From NCBI RefSeq assembly GCF_009914755.1, contig NC_060937.1: DNA of 64,000 nt; one strand, written 5' to 3'. The notes below the pieces were generated by a model. It made no database searches and was not told the origin of the DNA. It saw only the letters and a list, made by a program, of their open reading frames with translations. Both the position numbers and the translations under genes were made by a program. This stretch comes from the human T2T-CHM13v2.0 reference genome, Homo sapiens. Positions 29,352-43,769 of the stretch are shown piece after piece (position 1 is the first letter of the stretch; each line of letters opens with the position of its first letter).

Positions 29352-29762
29352 TTTCATGCACGTCTGTGTAAAGAGACCACCAAACAGTCTTTGTGTGAGA
29401 AATAAAGCTTTTAATCACCTGGGTGCAGGCTGGCTGAGTCCGAAAAGAGAGTCAGTGAAGGGAGATAAGGGTGGGGCCGTTTTATAGGACTTGGGTAGAT
29501 AAAGGAAAATTACAGTCAAAGGGGGGTTGTTCTCTGGCAGGCAGAGTGGGGGTCACAAGGTGCTCGGTAGGGGAGCTTTTGAGCCAGGATGAGCCAGGAG
29601 AAGGAATTTCACAAGACAATGTCATCAGTTAAGGCAGGAACAGGCCATTTTCACTTCTTTTGTGGTGAAATGTCATCAGTTAAGGCAGGAACCGGCCATC
29701 TGGATGTGTATGTGCAGGTCACAGGGGATATGATGGCTTACCTTGGGCTCAGAGGCCTGACA
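29352..29762 (-). promoter_or_regulatory. LTR7 (5' LTR and promoter of HERV-H)
   Basis: TATAAAA (29486-29480); GC/GT box (29477-29469); duplicated GCCTTAACTGATGACATT block; ACAAAAGA at 29663-29656. Confidence 0.93.
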
Positions 29763-29767
29763 TTTTC

Positions 29768-30720
29768 TACTTTTGTTTTTTCCCTTTGATTTATATTTAG
29801 CAAGTCTAAATCCCACATGTACCCTATTAATAAACTTGTTAAAAGAGATCATTGATTTCTGATCAATTATCAGAGATTATTTATTTATAGTAGTTATTTT
29901 CCTGTTCAGGATATGAGCCTTTTTTTCAAATTTGCATGTTGCAAATAATATCCCACACTGTATCTTGACTTGTCATTCTCTTACCTGAATGTTTCTTTTT
30001 TCTGATAAATAGTTCTTAATTTTAATGTAGTTAATTTTTGTTTATAAATTGCACTATTTCAGAAGTCAAAACTGACTCCAAAACAATGTATCTCACTTTA
30101 TTCTTCAAGACAGTTATTGTTTTTTTACTTTACTTTCCCCTTAGAAGTTAATTTTAAGAGTAGTTTGAAAATGAGTAAATTTCACTGTTACTTCTTACTA
30201 GTAGTGAATAGGACTAAAGTCACTTATTGAAAATACTGTTTTTTTTTTTTTTTTTTACTTCTTTACACTGTCATTTTTCTCATAAGTATTAATGCATATT
30301 TTTTTCAGTTTCTGTACTCTCTATGCTAGTTCATTGATCAGATTTGTTTGTTTTTAATTTCTGTGCTTTCCATTAAAATTGGTCTTTCTGCAATGTCATT
30401 CTTAGGTATATGTTGTCCTTTATATTTAGATATGAATTTTAAATTCAGTTTATCTTGTTTCACACATATAAACATACTTATACAGGGAAACTCATAAACT
30501 TGTGGAATTTTGAATGGGATGACACAAAGTCTGTAAATGAATATAGGTAGAAAATCATTAAATTATTAAATATTCAATTTCTAATATTCTTCTATGTATG
30601 GAGATCCTATTAATTTCCTCTTTTATGTTTCAGAGTCCATCATGGTTTTTTTCTATTTTTAGACTTTTTTTTTTTTTTTTTGCTATTTGATGTTTTGGTT
30701 ATATTGTAGTGTTTTATTAA
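29768..30720 (-). mobile_element. Ancient L1ME-like fragment, right half
   Basis: atgttgcaaataatatcccac; agttcttaattttaatgtagtta; tatgaattttaaattcagttt. Confidence 0.55.
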
Positions 30721-30776
30721 ATCTCAGGTTTTCTGGCCTGTATGTTGCTGATAGTTAAAAATGTTCTTAATTTTGT

Positions 30777-30884
30777 GTATATACATATATATATATACAT
30801 ATATATATATGTGTATATATATATATATACATATATATGTATATATATATATATACACATATATATATATGTGTGTGTATATAT
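30777..30884. repeat. Imperfect (TA)n microsatellite
   Basis: Directly visible; source of the YIYI ORFs. Confidence 0.95.
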
Positions 30885-31889
30885 GTCTTCCATATTCATA
30901 TATTTCACCGTTTTGTATTTTCATTTTATACTAACAGTTTATAGACTTAAACACAATGACTTGTTAATGCATTATATCTTGCCAAATTATCATATTTATT
31001 TTAATAAATTTTCCATAGAACCTTATGTGCACAAACATGCTATTTTAAATTTATCGTGCTTGTTATTGTATCTTTTATAGAATAATTGCCATAGAGATTT
31101 GATTGAAAGAATGAAATATGGTGTTACACGGAAGGAGGATAACAATATTTTAGATTAAATTACTTCAAAACTATTAATACTATATTTTACTTTAATAAAT
31201 CAATGAATACTATCAATACATTTTAAAGTGATTAGACAGAATTATACTAATTTTGAGACTCTATAATAATTCTGAGACTCTGTCATCTCTTCTCACCTTC
31301 TCCAGCATTTAAAACTATGAATGAAACCAACAAGAGGTGAGATATGACTGTTGACCCAGGAGTCCTATCATGATTTCTTTCTCAACCCTGGTTTCAGCTG
31401 ACTGCCCTGAAAATGCTCTTTCTACTGTCCATGACAGCTAATATCAAACTAGTTTCAAATTTTCCATGTGAAAAATGAGGATCAAAAATCACTGAGGCAC
31501 TATCCTCAGATGCATAGGAAATTTGAAATCTGAAATGAAAATGGTCAGTAATTTGTTTTTTGGGCCTAATTGAATAATGTAAGATAGGAATAATAAGTAT
31601 ACTATGCAGGCAAATTATGTAACACCTTTGGAAAGTTTTTATTTATTTCAAAACAATTTATAAAGTTTGGATAAGGCTCAGCAATAATTTATTTTATGTG
31701 GCATATTTCCATGTATGTAGAAAATTTAAATTTTGTATATTAGATGGGATGTACAGATATAAATGTACAACCCATGTAATAGTCTCTGTACAGAAATTTA
31801 TCCTATGTATAAAAAGACAAAGCATGAGATTAAAGATGCCATTCTGATGGATTACAATTCTCAGAAACCTAGTGGTATATAACAATGGT

Positions 31890-32130
31890 GTACTGTCCAT
31901 TCCAGCCCATCGATCTACTTCTATTCTCTTTCATCATTATCACTCTGTCGTGGTCACTGTGGCTTTATAGTAACTCTCGAGATCAGGTATTGTCAGAAAT
32001 ATAATTTTGTTCTTTTTCAGTATTGTGTGAGCTATTTGAAACTTTTTTGCCTTTCCATATAAACTTTAGACTCAATTAATATTAAAAAAATAACTTGCTC
32101 AAATTTTGATGTAGATTTCATTGAATTTGG
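31890..32130 (-). mobile_element. Old L1 ORF2 antisense fragment
   Basis: tcactgtggctttatagtaactctcgagatcagg; tttgcctttccatataaactttaga. Confidence 0.6.
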
Positions 32131-32239
32131 ATTCTTCATATGCATTTCCTATGGCTTATTGTTAAATGTATCTTTTGATGGAACTAAATTATATGTACTA
32201 GAGCATGTAATGGTTGAAACACTGTGATTGTGGTTAAGG

Positions 32240-32460
32240 AAATAGCATGAAATTTCATGGATAAACCAGTCATGGCTTTGAATTCCAGATTATTCAATCA
32301 TTAGCTGTGTGAACATGGCCAGGTCACTTAAATCACCTGAGCTAACGAAAAAAATATTACTCACTGTACAATTGGCGATTACATTAATGACAACTGTTTT
32401 ATTTTAATTAATGCTATATTACATTGCCTGATACACTAAAGTGTTTCAATTCATGAAGTG
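32240..32460 (+). mobile_element. MIR fragment
   Basis: tttgaattccag...ttagctgtgtgaacatggccaggtcacttaaatcacctgagc core. Confidence 0.6.
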
Positions 32461-32670
32461 GTAGAAAAAATTAATAGTTGTCCGTACAATAGGCGGTATG
32501 AGGGGGCCATATTATTCACAGTAGTAATAGTAGTAGAAGAGCTTTTTCTCTATAAAAAAAATAGAGATTGATTACTTTGAGTTTCGTAGTCTGATTAAAT
32601 ACATTTTAAGATGTCTCTTGAGAGATAACTCTAAACTAATTAGAAAACAGTCAAAGCTTTACAAATAAAT

Positions 32671-33168
32671 TGTTGGGAACAAGCCCCCAAAATCTGGCCA
32701 TAAACTGGCCCCAAAACTGGCCATAAACAAAATCTCTGCAGCACTGTGACATGTTCATGATGGCCATAATGCCCACTCTGGAAGGTTGTGGGTTTACGGG
32801 AATGAGGGCAAGGAATACCTGGCCCGCCCGCTTAAAGGCATTTTTAAGCCACAAACAATAGCATGAGGGATCTGTGCCTTAAGGACGTGCTCCTGCTGCA
32901 ATTAACTAGCCCAACCTATTCCTTTAATTCAGCCCATCCCTTTGTTTCCCATAAGGGATACTTTTAGTTAATTTAATATCTATAGAAACAATGCTAATGA
33001 CTGGCTTGCTGTTAATAAATATGTGGGTAAATATCTGTTTGGGGCTCTCAGCTCTGAAGGCTGTGAGACCACTGATTTCCCACTTTACACCTCTATTTTT
33101 CTGTATGTGTGTCTTTAAGTCCTCCAGCGCTCTGGGTTAGGATCTCCCCCACCATGCTGGTCTCGGCA
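32671..33168 (+). mobile_element. MER9 solo LTR (HERV-K HML-3)
   Basis: tgttgggaacaagcccccaaaatctggccataaactggcccc...ctggtctcggca; 6-bp near-TSD ataaat/atatat; AATAAA at 33014. Confidence 0.9.
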
Positions 33169-34296
33169 ATATATATAATTAAGGAAATGGAAATCTAGAT
33201 GAAATTTCATCATCCAACTTCATTTCTTAGACCAAAATCGTTCATAAAACTTCATCTATGCAGGAAACTTCCCTTGGCTAATTCTCAACTGAATAATGTA
33301 TGTCTTCTACTTAACCTTTTAATTCATTATTTTTGGGGGCAGCTCATTATTCAGATTGTATGTCAAACATACTCAGTGAAAATTCATACTTGGGTATTGA
33401 TAAGTCAGAGAATTCTCTGATTTATCTACTTAGGGTCAGGCATCAAGTCTGCTGACAGCAAATATAGTTTTAGTGATCACAGCAGCAGATAATGCTACTT
33501 GATGGGATATTAACACTTTTAGTCATAAGTCAGAATTAATGACTTGTTCGAGTTGCCTGAAAATATATCTTCATGTGGCTCTCTCACAGCCAGAAAATAA
33601 TGCAAAATATCTAAAGTAATGAAAGATATCTGGAATCAATGAACAGTACAAATAAAATGAGACTGTTGTTATGTACTTCATCATTGCTAATATTTTAAGA
33701 ATATGTGCACGATCATGCAAATATTTTGCTCATCTATTTGAAAGGGTGGTATATGCAAAAAAAGGTGGTATTTGCAAAATTGTAAAACATACCACTACTC
33801 TATGAATTAATGCTGAGAATCTTATTTGTAAATGTAATATAAGTAGCCTATATAACAAAACAAATCAAATCAAAACCTAGTTAATTGAATTAAATTTGAA
33901 AATATTATTGAATATAACTTTTCTCATAGTAAAGTTTTTACCTTTAGGTAATAGTAGCAATAATTCCAACCTTTAAAGAAATTTGCATATGTTGGTATGA
34001 TATTATACTATTAGAGTTTTATGTGTAATCCTTAAACTGAATAAAATGGTTCCTTGTAGTGTTCTTTTCTTAGTAGAACTATTTTTTTATTTACTTAGCT
34101 TTACAGCATAATTTGTGAATTATTTATTTTTAAATGGCTATATAGCATACATTATCAATATAAATAGACATAACCCTGATGTTAAGGAGCTTACAACCTA
34201 CTTCAGAGATTGAGAAAAGAACAATAATTATTAAATATAATTATCATTTAACTGCATACAAACGTTAGTGGATACTTAGGTGAATAATTATTTTTA

Positions 34297-34619
<323 letters not shown>

Positions 34620-35009
34620 CTAAAATAATGAATATTTGAAAAAACATTACAATATTTTAGATGGGCAAAGGTGAAGGATACCTTCCAGAATAAGGTAATT
34701 ATCATTGAAAAACAGAAATAATATAAGGAAGAAAAAGAAGGAGGAGGAGGAGGAAGGGCAGGAGGAGGAGAAAGAGAAGAAAAATATTCTTTAAAGAATC
34801 ATACATAATTCAGAATTTCTGCAGTGTGAATTCAAGTGGACGAAGAGATAAAATATGATTTGATTTCTAGGCAAAGATGAACATAAAGTACTAGTATAAT
34901 ACAATATATGAAATGTTTAGATTTACTCAGTGTGTTGTATATAGTTACTAAATACTGTGAAGCTTGGGATTGTGTGGGTTACTTTGATAAGGTTGAAAGA
35001 GATGGTCTA

Positions 35010-35430
35010 GACCATGGGATATATGGAAAAGATGATTTTCCAGAATTTGTTTTCTTAATTCCTGTGCACCTAAATATAATTTCTGGCTTCCATGGCATTT
35101 CATGTGGCCATAAAATTCTTGCAAATATGATATGTGCAAAAGCAATGTGTGCCACTTCGAGGCTTTGTTTTAAAATTAATCATTTGCCTTCTTCAATGTT
35201 CCTTATTAGATTAAAGTAGAAGTGACCAAACATATAGTGTACACCATGCAGGCAATAAATATATTAGGGAATTGTAGAAGGAAACTTAGAAAGGAATCAA
35301 GGTGTCTTGCAGACATGAGCCACTTATGTTAGAATTTTAACATGAGAAAGAAAAACATTCATTCTTTAAGTAACTATTGCACTGAGTCTCATGCTTCTTC
35401 TAGCTTAGCCTTCTATCCTAACCAGCATAG
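35010..35430 (+). mobile_element. Ancient MLT1 (J-like) LTR
   Basis: gccataaaattcttgcaaatatgatatgtgcaaaagcaatgtgtgccacttc...agcttagccttctatcctaacc. Confidence 0.5.
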
Positions 35431-37539
35431 GATCTAAGCCTGTTAACACAAAATGTAGAAGGAAAACACTGAAAGTCCAAGCTAGAATATTTATGGGGAA
35501 GCAGAGAAAAGAGAGACAAGGAAAACCCTAAGAAGAAATTATTTACAGGTCAAATGATTAAATGGATATAAAAGTTAGAAGATACAGGTATTAAGGATAA
35601 TTTCTGATACTCAGTTCTCCAGAACTGACAATTTCTAAGGAATGTGCATTAGATTGAATAAAAACATTGTAAGGCTGCGTATCTAAACACACATATCTGA
35701 ACACATTCTAAATTTGCTTAGATATGAAACGGTGTTAGTACATACAATTCAAGGTAAATGGGAGTGAGGTATTTTCCTGGAATTTAACTTTAATTTTTAA
35801 GGTATTTTTTTAACTTGAGAATTGAGAAACGCCTGTGGCAAATGAAAACAAGTATTGATAACATTGTCTGAGTGTCTGTGAAGAGGGATAACAAAAAGCA
35901 GTCCAAGGAAAAATTTCTAAATTAACATTTAAGGAGCATTAGAGGAAGGTACATGTCCATCAAAACAGTTGTCAAAAAAGTAGAATAGGGAGAGAAAAGC
36001 TTCATAAAATCAGAAGGAAAAAGGGGGTTTCAAACAGAGGCAGTCGTGAACAGTGTGAACACCTTAAAGTGGTCAAATAACTTGGAAACAAAAATAATTA
36101 TGGAGGAGTTGTGATATCTAGATGAATTAGGTAAATACAGCAGGAGATTATCCTGATATCCAAACAGCATATTTTAAGAGTGGAGAGAAAGAAAGCCCAT
36201 ATGTCTTTGAGGTACGTGCCAACCATGGAAGAGAGCCAATCTCAACTGCCTGAGAGATTCCATAGTGTGCAGTATAATCAAGAAGACGGTTGCACTGATA
36301 AAGAGTAGTGAGACTTGAAAATCATAATCAGGCTATAATCACATATAGAGAGTTAAGACAATGGCAAACCTAGGAATGTAAAAATGAGTTAATAAGTATT
36401 CTTCAGCAAATACCCATTACTTTATCTCTTTTCACAGTGTTTCACATTAAAGTCCATATTTTTAAAAGATTCCCATTCTCTTTAATATGTATACTTGATG
36501 TTTGCTCAAATTTCATCTCAATGAAACCTTTTAAACCTGATCCTAATACAAACTGTGACTTTCTAACACTCTCTTCTCCAGCTCTCCTTTTTTAGTCTCC
36601 ATAAGCATAACTACTACAAAATATGCCATGTATTTCATGTTTTTGTTATGGATATTGCTTATATACTGGAAAATAGAACAAAATTCTGTAAAGATATTTT
36701 ATTTCTCTTGTTTTTCTTCCACCTTGAACCACATCTGTTCAGTGGTGGATACTTAGTAAGTAATTATTTAGTAAGTGCATAAACTATCCTTTGACTTTTG
36801 CCTAAATTACCCTTGGACTTTTACACATCAATTTCTCTCCCGATAGAGTTCTGCCTTAGTTCTTTATATTTGCTAGCATCCAAGTCCTAAAGAAAATACA
36901 ACGATATTTTTAAGATGTTTTACTTGACTGAAAAAATCTTTTTTAGTTTAAAAATTGTCATCTGCTCTTTGCTCTTTTGTTGCTTTCTTCTGCTTTGCTT
37001 GTTTTTTCATATGAGCTGTTTTATTTTTTCACTCTTTGTCTCTTTTTTAGATTAAAAGTTTATTTCAACTCAGTATTTGTTGTCAGGTAAAGTTATTGAA
37101 GATCACCTTTGACTCCACTTCTCTCCACTGAGTACTGTTTCAGTTCATTTTCAGATTCACACATGCAGACGTGGTCGATGATAAAACACAGTTCTCAATT
37201 CAACTATCAGTGTTAAACAGGCAGGATTTTTCAAAGAGTAATTCTCCTAAATTAAACAATTTTGTATTTCTATTTTTTCTATTGTGTTTCATAATATTAG
37301 AAATCAATAAAATATACTAACATATAATCTCCAGCATGTCTTGTTAGTAGGACTCTTCCTGAGTCTTTCCCTAGCTGCATAATTTATATTCGTGAACATC
37401 ACCTATCTGATGTCATATTCCATCATGCTCTCTATGGCAGATTCTTTACGTTCAGTTGTTTACAGTCTTTCCACTCTTGAGTATTTTGATAAAGACATTA
37501 GATGTAAATACCAGATATCTCTCTAATATGTATGTCAAT

Positions 37540-40500
37540 ATTTTATTTTTTAATACGTTCTGTGTACAATTTTATGGTTTTTGACATATTTACAAAGTTG
37601 TTCAGCCACTAACCATCACTCTCCAATTCCAGAACATTTTCGTTACCCTAAAATTAACAGTCTCTCTCAATTTCTTCCCTCTTCCTGGGCCCATGGCACA
37701 CATTAATCTACTTTCTGTGTCTAGAAATTTGTTCACTGTGTACACTTTATATAAAAGTGGTTTACAATATATAACCTTTTGCACTTAGCTTCTTTCACTT
37801 AGGGTAGTGTTTTCAAGGTGCATTCTTCTTGTGGCATGTATCAGTACTTCATTCCTTTTATAGCCAAATAATATTTAATCATCTGGGTACAGAACATATA
37901 GGTTGTCCAGTTATCAATTTATAAACATTTGGACTATTTTCAAATTTTGTCTATTATGAATAATGCTGTTGTGAACGTGAATGTACAAGTTTGTGTGTGA
38001 ATTTACGTATCTTTTCTCTTGGGGATATAACCAGGAGTGAAAATCCTGGGTCATGTGAGAATTGTAGACTTAATTTGTTTTTGAGAAACTTCCAACCTGG
38101 AGTCCGAAATTGAACTATTTTACATTTCAACCAGAAATGTAAAAGAGTTTCAATTTCTCCACATTATCATCAAAACTTGTTATTGTCTTTTTCATTATAG
38201 ACATCCTATTAGGTGTGAATTAGTATCTCATTGTGGTTTTGATTTCTATTTTCCAAATTAATAATATTGAACATCTTTGCATGTACTCATTAGTCATTTG
38301 TACATCTTCCTTGGGGAAATATCTAGTAAACTATTTTGTCATTTTAAAAATTGGGTTGTCTTTTTATTGTTGAGTTGCAAGAATTCTTCTATTTTCTGAA
38401 TAAAAGTCTCTTGTCAGAGATATAATTAGAAAATATTTTCTCCCATTCTCTGAGTTTTCATTTTCATGATTATGTTTGCTGCATAAAATTGATCAATATT
38501 ATCCTTAGCAAACTAACGCAGGAACAGAAAATCAAATACTGCATGTTGTCACTTGCAAGTAGGAACTAAATGATGAGAGCTCATGAGCAGAAGTAAGAGA
38601 ACAACAGACACTGAGGTCTACTTGAGTGTAGAGGGTAGGAGGAGGGAGAGGAGAAGAGTAAATAACAATTAGGTACTAGCTTTTATCACATCTGGGTGAT
38701 AAAATAATCTCTACAGCAAACCCCTGTCACATGAGTTTACCTATATGACAAACCTTCACCTGTATCCCTTAACCTAAAAGCTAAAAAAAATTGTTCAACT
38801 TTCATGAAGTTCAATTTACCTATTTTTGTTGTTGGCTGTGATTTTAGTGTCATATCTAAGAAATCATTATCTAACACAGAGCAAAAAAAAAAAAAGTCCT
38901 ATGTTTTTATTTAAAATATTTTATGATTTTAGTTATTACCTTTAAGTATTTTATCTATTTTTGAGTAAATGTTTATATATCATGGAAAGTAGGGCTCTAA
39001 TGTCTTTTTTCTTTGCGTGTGAATATCTGGTTGTTTCAACACAATTTATTGAAAGACCATTTTTCTCTATTAAATTTTCTGGTACTCTTGTCAAAACTCA
39101 ATGATGATACATGTGAAAATTTATTTCTGGACTCCTAATTCTATTTTAGTAGTCTATATGTCTATATTTATGCCATTACCACACTCTCACTCTCTTGATT
39201 AATGTAGTTCTATGGTAAGTTTTGGAATCATGGTGTGTGAGTCATTCAGTTTTGTTCTTTTCATTATTTATTTGGCTAATCATGGTGCCTTATATTTTCA
39301 TATGAATTTCAGGACTATCTTGTCAATTTATGCCAAAAAGGCAGCTGCTATTTTGATAATTAAAGTGTAGATTTGTGAATAATTTTGAATATATTACTCT
39401 TTTAAAATATTATACTTTCCCATTTACAAAATTGGGGTAACTTTCCATTTATTTAGGTGTTCTTTAATTTCTTTTGATGATGTTTTATAGACTTTATTGT
39501 ATAGTATTGCACTTCTTTTGTTATATTTATTGCTGAGCATTTTATTATTTTATGCTTTAAAAAAAGACTTGTTTCCTTAATTTTATTTCTAGTTTGTTCA
39601 CTGCTCATTGATAGAAATACATTGGATTTTTATGTTAATCTTTGATTCTATGTCCTTGCTGAAATCATTAATTCAATTGTGTGTTGCAGGGGTGTGGTTG
39701 TGAGTAAATTACTTGGGTTTTTGTTTGTTTGTTTGTTTTTAACATAGAGGATCATGTCATCTGTGAGTAGAGAAGCTTTGTGTCTTCCTTTACCATCTGG
39801 ATGTCTTGTATTTCATTTTTTTTTTTTAGCCTGCTTTCCCTGGTTGGAACTTCCAGGACACTGTTTAACAGAAGGGGTGAGAACAGATTTGTTTGTCTTG
39901 CTCCAGATCTTAGGGAGATTCTTTCCATGTTTCATCATTAGCTATTATATTAGTTGTAGATAGATTTCCTTTATCAAGGTTAGGATGTTTCCCTCAATTG
40001 TCACATTGTTAGATATTTTAATAATAAGATGAATATAGTTTTTTGTTAAATGCCTTTTCATCATTGTGATATGATCATGTGGCTTTTATCCATTGTTTTA
40101 TTACTATAGTATACTACCTTTATTGTATAGGATTATTGAGTTTCTAATATTAAATTAACCTTTTTTCCCTAAAATAAATCTCACTTGTACATAATGTATA
40201 ATCTTTTTTATATGGTGCTGGATTTAGTTTGTTTTGTTTTTAACATTTTGTTGAGTATTTTTCCTCTATATTTATGAAGAATATTGGCCTGTACTATTTT
40301 TTTTCCTGTGATGTCATTGTCAGGCTTTGGTATCAGGGCAACAGGAGCCTCAAAGAATATGCTTGGAAGTGTTAACTCTTATATATTTTGCAATAGTTTG
40401 CAGAGAAATAGTGTTTATATTTCTTTAATATTTGGGAGAATTCATCAGTGAAGCCTGCTGGGTCAGGGATTTTCTGTGTATGTGTGTGTGTGTGTGTAGC

Positions 40501-41240
40501 AGGAGGCTCTGGGTGGGTCGTTCTTTAATCCCTAATTCAGTCTACTTGTATGCTTACTTTTCACTTTTTCTATAGTTTCTTCAGTTTTGATAGTTGATTT
40601 TTTAATAAAATCAGTCCGTTTCATACATATTAGTTTGTTGGCATACAGTTATGTCTAGAGTTTCTTTATAATCCTTTTTGTTTCTATGAGGCTGGTAATA
40701 AAATCCCTTTCATTCTTGATTTAGTAATTTGTGTCTTCTCCCTTTTTCACTTTCTATTTCAAGATGAAGTTTTGCCAGTTTTCTTTATCTTTCAAAGAAA
40801 CAACTTTTGATTTTGTTGATTTTCTTTATTGGTTTTCTACAATTTAGTTTATTTTTTAAACTAATATTCATTATTCATTTCTTTTTATATGCTTTGTCTT
40901 TATAGTGTTCCTCTTATTCTTCTCTTATTAGTTTTTTAATAAAAAATAGGTAGTTTAAGACATTTCTTCTTTTTGATACAGGAAATTATAGCTAGAAATT
41001 GGCTTCTAAGCACTGCTTTAGATGTATCTCGTAAATATTGGAATATTGTATTATGTTTTGGTTAGGAACAATTTTTCTTGTGATTTCTTATTAGATTCTT
41101 GTTTATTTAATAGTGTGCTATTTAATTTTCATTTATTTTTGAAACTTCCTAATTTCCAACAGTTATTAATTTTTAATTGTATTCCACTGTAGATAAAACA
41201 TATACTTTATATAATTTCAATTATTTTAAATTTTTTCACC
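37540..41240 (-). mobile_element. Long L1MB-type antisense fragment (3'UTR through ORF2)
   Basis: ccaattccagaacattttcgttaccc; gtatcagtacttcattccttttatagcc; gaattcatcagtgaagcc; continuous antisense ORF2 motifs. Confidence 0.85.
38497..38790 (+). mobile_element. 5'-truncated L1PA (about L1PA13) 3'UTR nested in L1MB
   Basis: attatccttagcaaactaacgcaggaacagaaaa...; TSD aaaattgatcaa (38485-38496) / aaaattgttcaa (38787-38798). Confidence 0.88.
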
Positions 41241-41330
41241 TTTCCCTATATTTTTTATCATTAAGATTCATGCATTCTAACATTTATACAGCCTTATGTA
41301 CTGTTCAGCTGTGTCCCCCACACTGGAATA

Positions 41331-41700
41331 CAGTAATGCATCATTTAATGTTGGGACTACATCTGAAAAAGGCATCATCAGAGAATTGCATTATTGTGCA
41401 AACATCATGGAGTGTGGTATACAAACTTAGACTGCATAGCCTGCTACACATCTAGGCTATATGGTATAGCCTAATACCCCTAGTCTACAAACCTGTACAC
41501 CATGTTACTGCATTGAATAGTGTCGGCAATTCTAAAACATGGTTATTGGTATATCTAAACATATCTAAACATTAAATTGGCATATTGAATTAAGTCAATG
41601 AAATTTAAAGAATTAAAAGAGAGTATGTCTAAATTGTATGAGACCCCTGTTGTATGTGTGGTTTATCATTGACCTAAATGTCATTATGCGTGCATGAATG
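41331..41700 (-). mobile_element. Tigger3a/MER7-like non-autonomous DNA transposon
   Basis: TA|cagtaatgcatca...tgcgtgcatgaatg|TA termini; internal ctacacatctaggctatatggtatagcc. Confidence 0.82.
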
Positions 41701-42609
41701 TATAAACTTCTGAAGGCACAAAATTTTTCTTGTCATTGTATTTTCACTATTTATAATATCACAAGGACCATGGAGGCAGCTCAAGAAAATACTAGTTTTG
41801 AGTAAATAATGTGGAAAGGGTATGGATCTCTTTTCAATGCATAATATCCAAGAATCAAATGAAAATATCCACCTTCCAAACACAAAAATCACAAAGGATT
41901 TAGTCTTAAGTCTCAATTTTGTAAGAAATTTTATAAATTTTTATCAATCTAAATTTAGCACTTTCCGAATGTTTGAATTCAACTATTACAATTTTAAAAT
42001 AGAATATTTAATCTTTCCAGCTCTCCAGTAATTCAACTACCATGAAATCTATTCTTTCATCTGTTTATATGACACATTACTTGCTATGGAATTGTTATAT
42101 CTGATACCTCTTGCTTCTTGTATTAAATTGTGGCATCCTTCCTTATTATCCCCGGTTTCTGATTTCAGCTTTGTGAGTCTCATCTCAAAGCTGGTAACTG
42201 ATAGTAAAGTATCCTTCAATCTGTGTTTGACAGAGTTCATATAAGGCATTCCATGTAATTATCTGTGTGTCCAATATTCTAATAGTAATGTCACTCCCTC
42301 AGTTTTTTATGTTCACACCTAATTATTCCTAATTATTTATTCCACAAAATAAATATACTGAAAATAATACACAGTAAATCAACTAGTATACAATATTTTT
42401 CTAATAATTTGTGTATATTTGAAGATTATTGGACTATCAACTGTTTTTGTTTCGTTTTGTTTTCAGTTGATGCCAGTCATACTCTTAGGACTTGAGGAAA
42501 TAAAAAAAAATAAATAATCTGTCATCAAGATTCTTTAGATGTATTAATTTGGGTACTAAAACTATAGATTTTCAAAAAGGAAATGAGGTAATTTTTAAAA
42601 ATGGAAGAT

Positions 42610-43520
42610 ATAAAACTTTGCTCTTTTTCTTTGTAGCACTCATAATATTCATTCAATCTAGCTGAATGTTTATCAGTTTTATTAATCTTTCCAAAGAACA
42701 AACTTTTGGCATTGAGGATATTTCTGTGGTGTTTCTTTTATACTTATTTTGGTTCTAATTTAAAAATTATTGTTTTGCTTATATTGGATTTGCTTTTCTC
42801 ATCTCAAGGAAGAACTTTAAGTCACTGATTTTAATTCTTTCTTGTATTCTAATATAAACTAATATTAAACTAATAAAATAGTATTAAATAATCCTTTGTC
42901 ATAGAAACATGTAAAATTTTAATTTTCTTTCTAGGTGAATCTGAGTGAATCTTTATAGATTCAGCCAACAAATTTTGATAAGTTCCATTCTCATAATAAT
43001 TCAGTTCAAAGTACTTATTCATTTTTCTAGTAATTTTTTACTAGACATATAATATTTCTAAGTGTGTGGTTCTGTTTTGAAATATCTGCAATTCCTAGAT
43101 CCCTTATTACTATTGTTGTATTGTCATCCTATCTGTGGAAGAAAACATACTCTTTTAATTATTTAAATTGTAGTATTGACTTAATTCAAAACTCATGGTT
43201 TATCTGACACACAAACATTTTTCCCTTGAAAATAATGGGTATTTTTTATCTATTGTTTTGACAAGTACTGAGAGAAGGATTTTCAAAATATCAACTGTGG
43301 TTTGTTTTTGTCAATTCCTATCTCTAGTTCTGTTCACTTTGATTTATGAACTTAGATAAGACATGTTATTAAGAACATATTATTTTTATTTTATCCTTAT
43401 AAATTGCTCATTTTTCCTTTAAGGCATTTCTCTATTTCTGGCAATAACATTTTATAAGAAGTCTATAGTTTCTGAAATTATTGGAGCCACTCCTTTATAT
43501 GCTAACACTATGATCGATTG
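42610..43520 (-). mobile_element. Ancient L1M ORF2 antisense fragment
   Basis: tttatcagttttattaatctttccaaagaacaaacttttgg and related motifs. Confidence 0.6.
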
Positions 43521-43769
43521 TTTATATTTTTAAATTTTCTCCATATTATGATGTGTTTACATCTTTTTTGACACAAAGGTTTTAATTAAATGAATAAACT
43601 TTTATACATACACACTAAAAATGACATCGGAGTTGGGATGTGATAACCCTAAACTTCAATATCCTTGCAATTAGAAAGAAAAAATACAGTCTAAAAGTAC
43701 ATGATTTATAGCAGCTTCTGGCCTAAACATGAAGATGAAGGGATTTAGAAATGATACAGAATTTATAAT

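Larger units (their letters stand above)
24101..29762 (-). mobile_element. HERV-H provirus, complete common deleted form (5662 bp, two LTRs)
   Basis: Two 411-bp LTR7s; perfect 5-bp TSD ttttc at 24096-24100 and 29763-29767; His PBS; polypurine tract; gag/pro/pol/env remnants. Confidence 0.97.

Noticed and set aside
30717-31080. YIYI-rich ORFs
   Set aside because: Translation of a (TA)n microsatellite.
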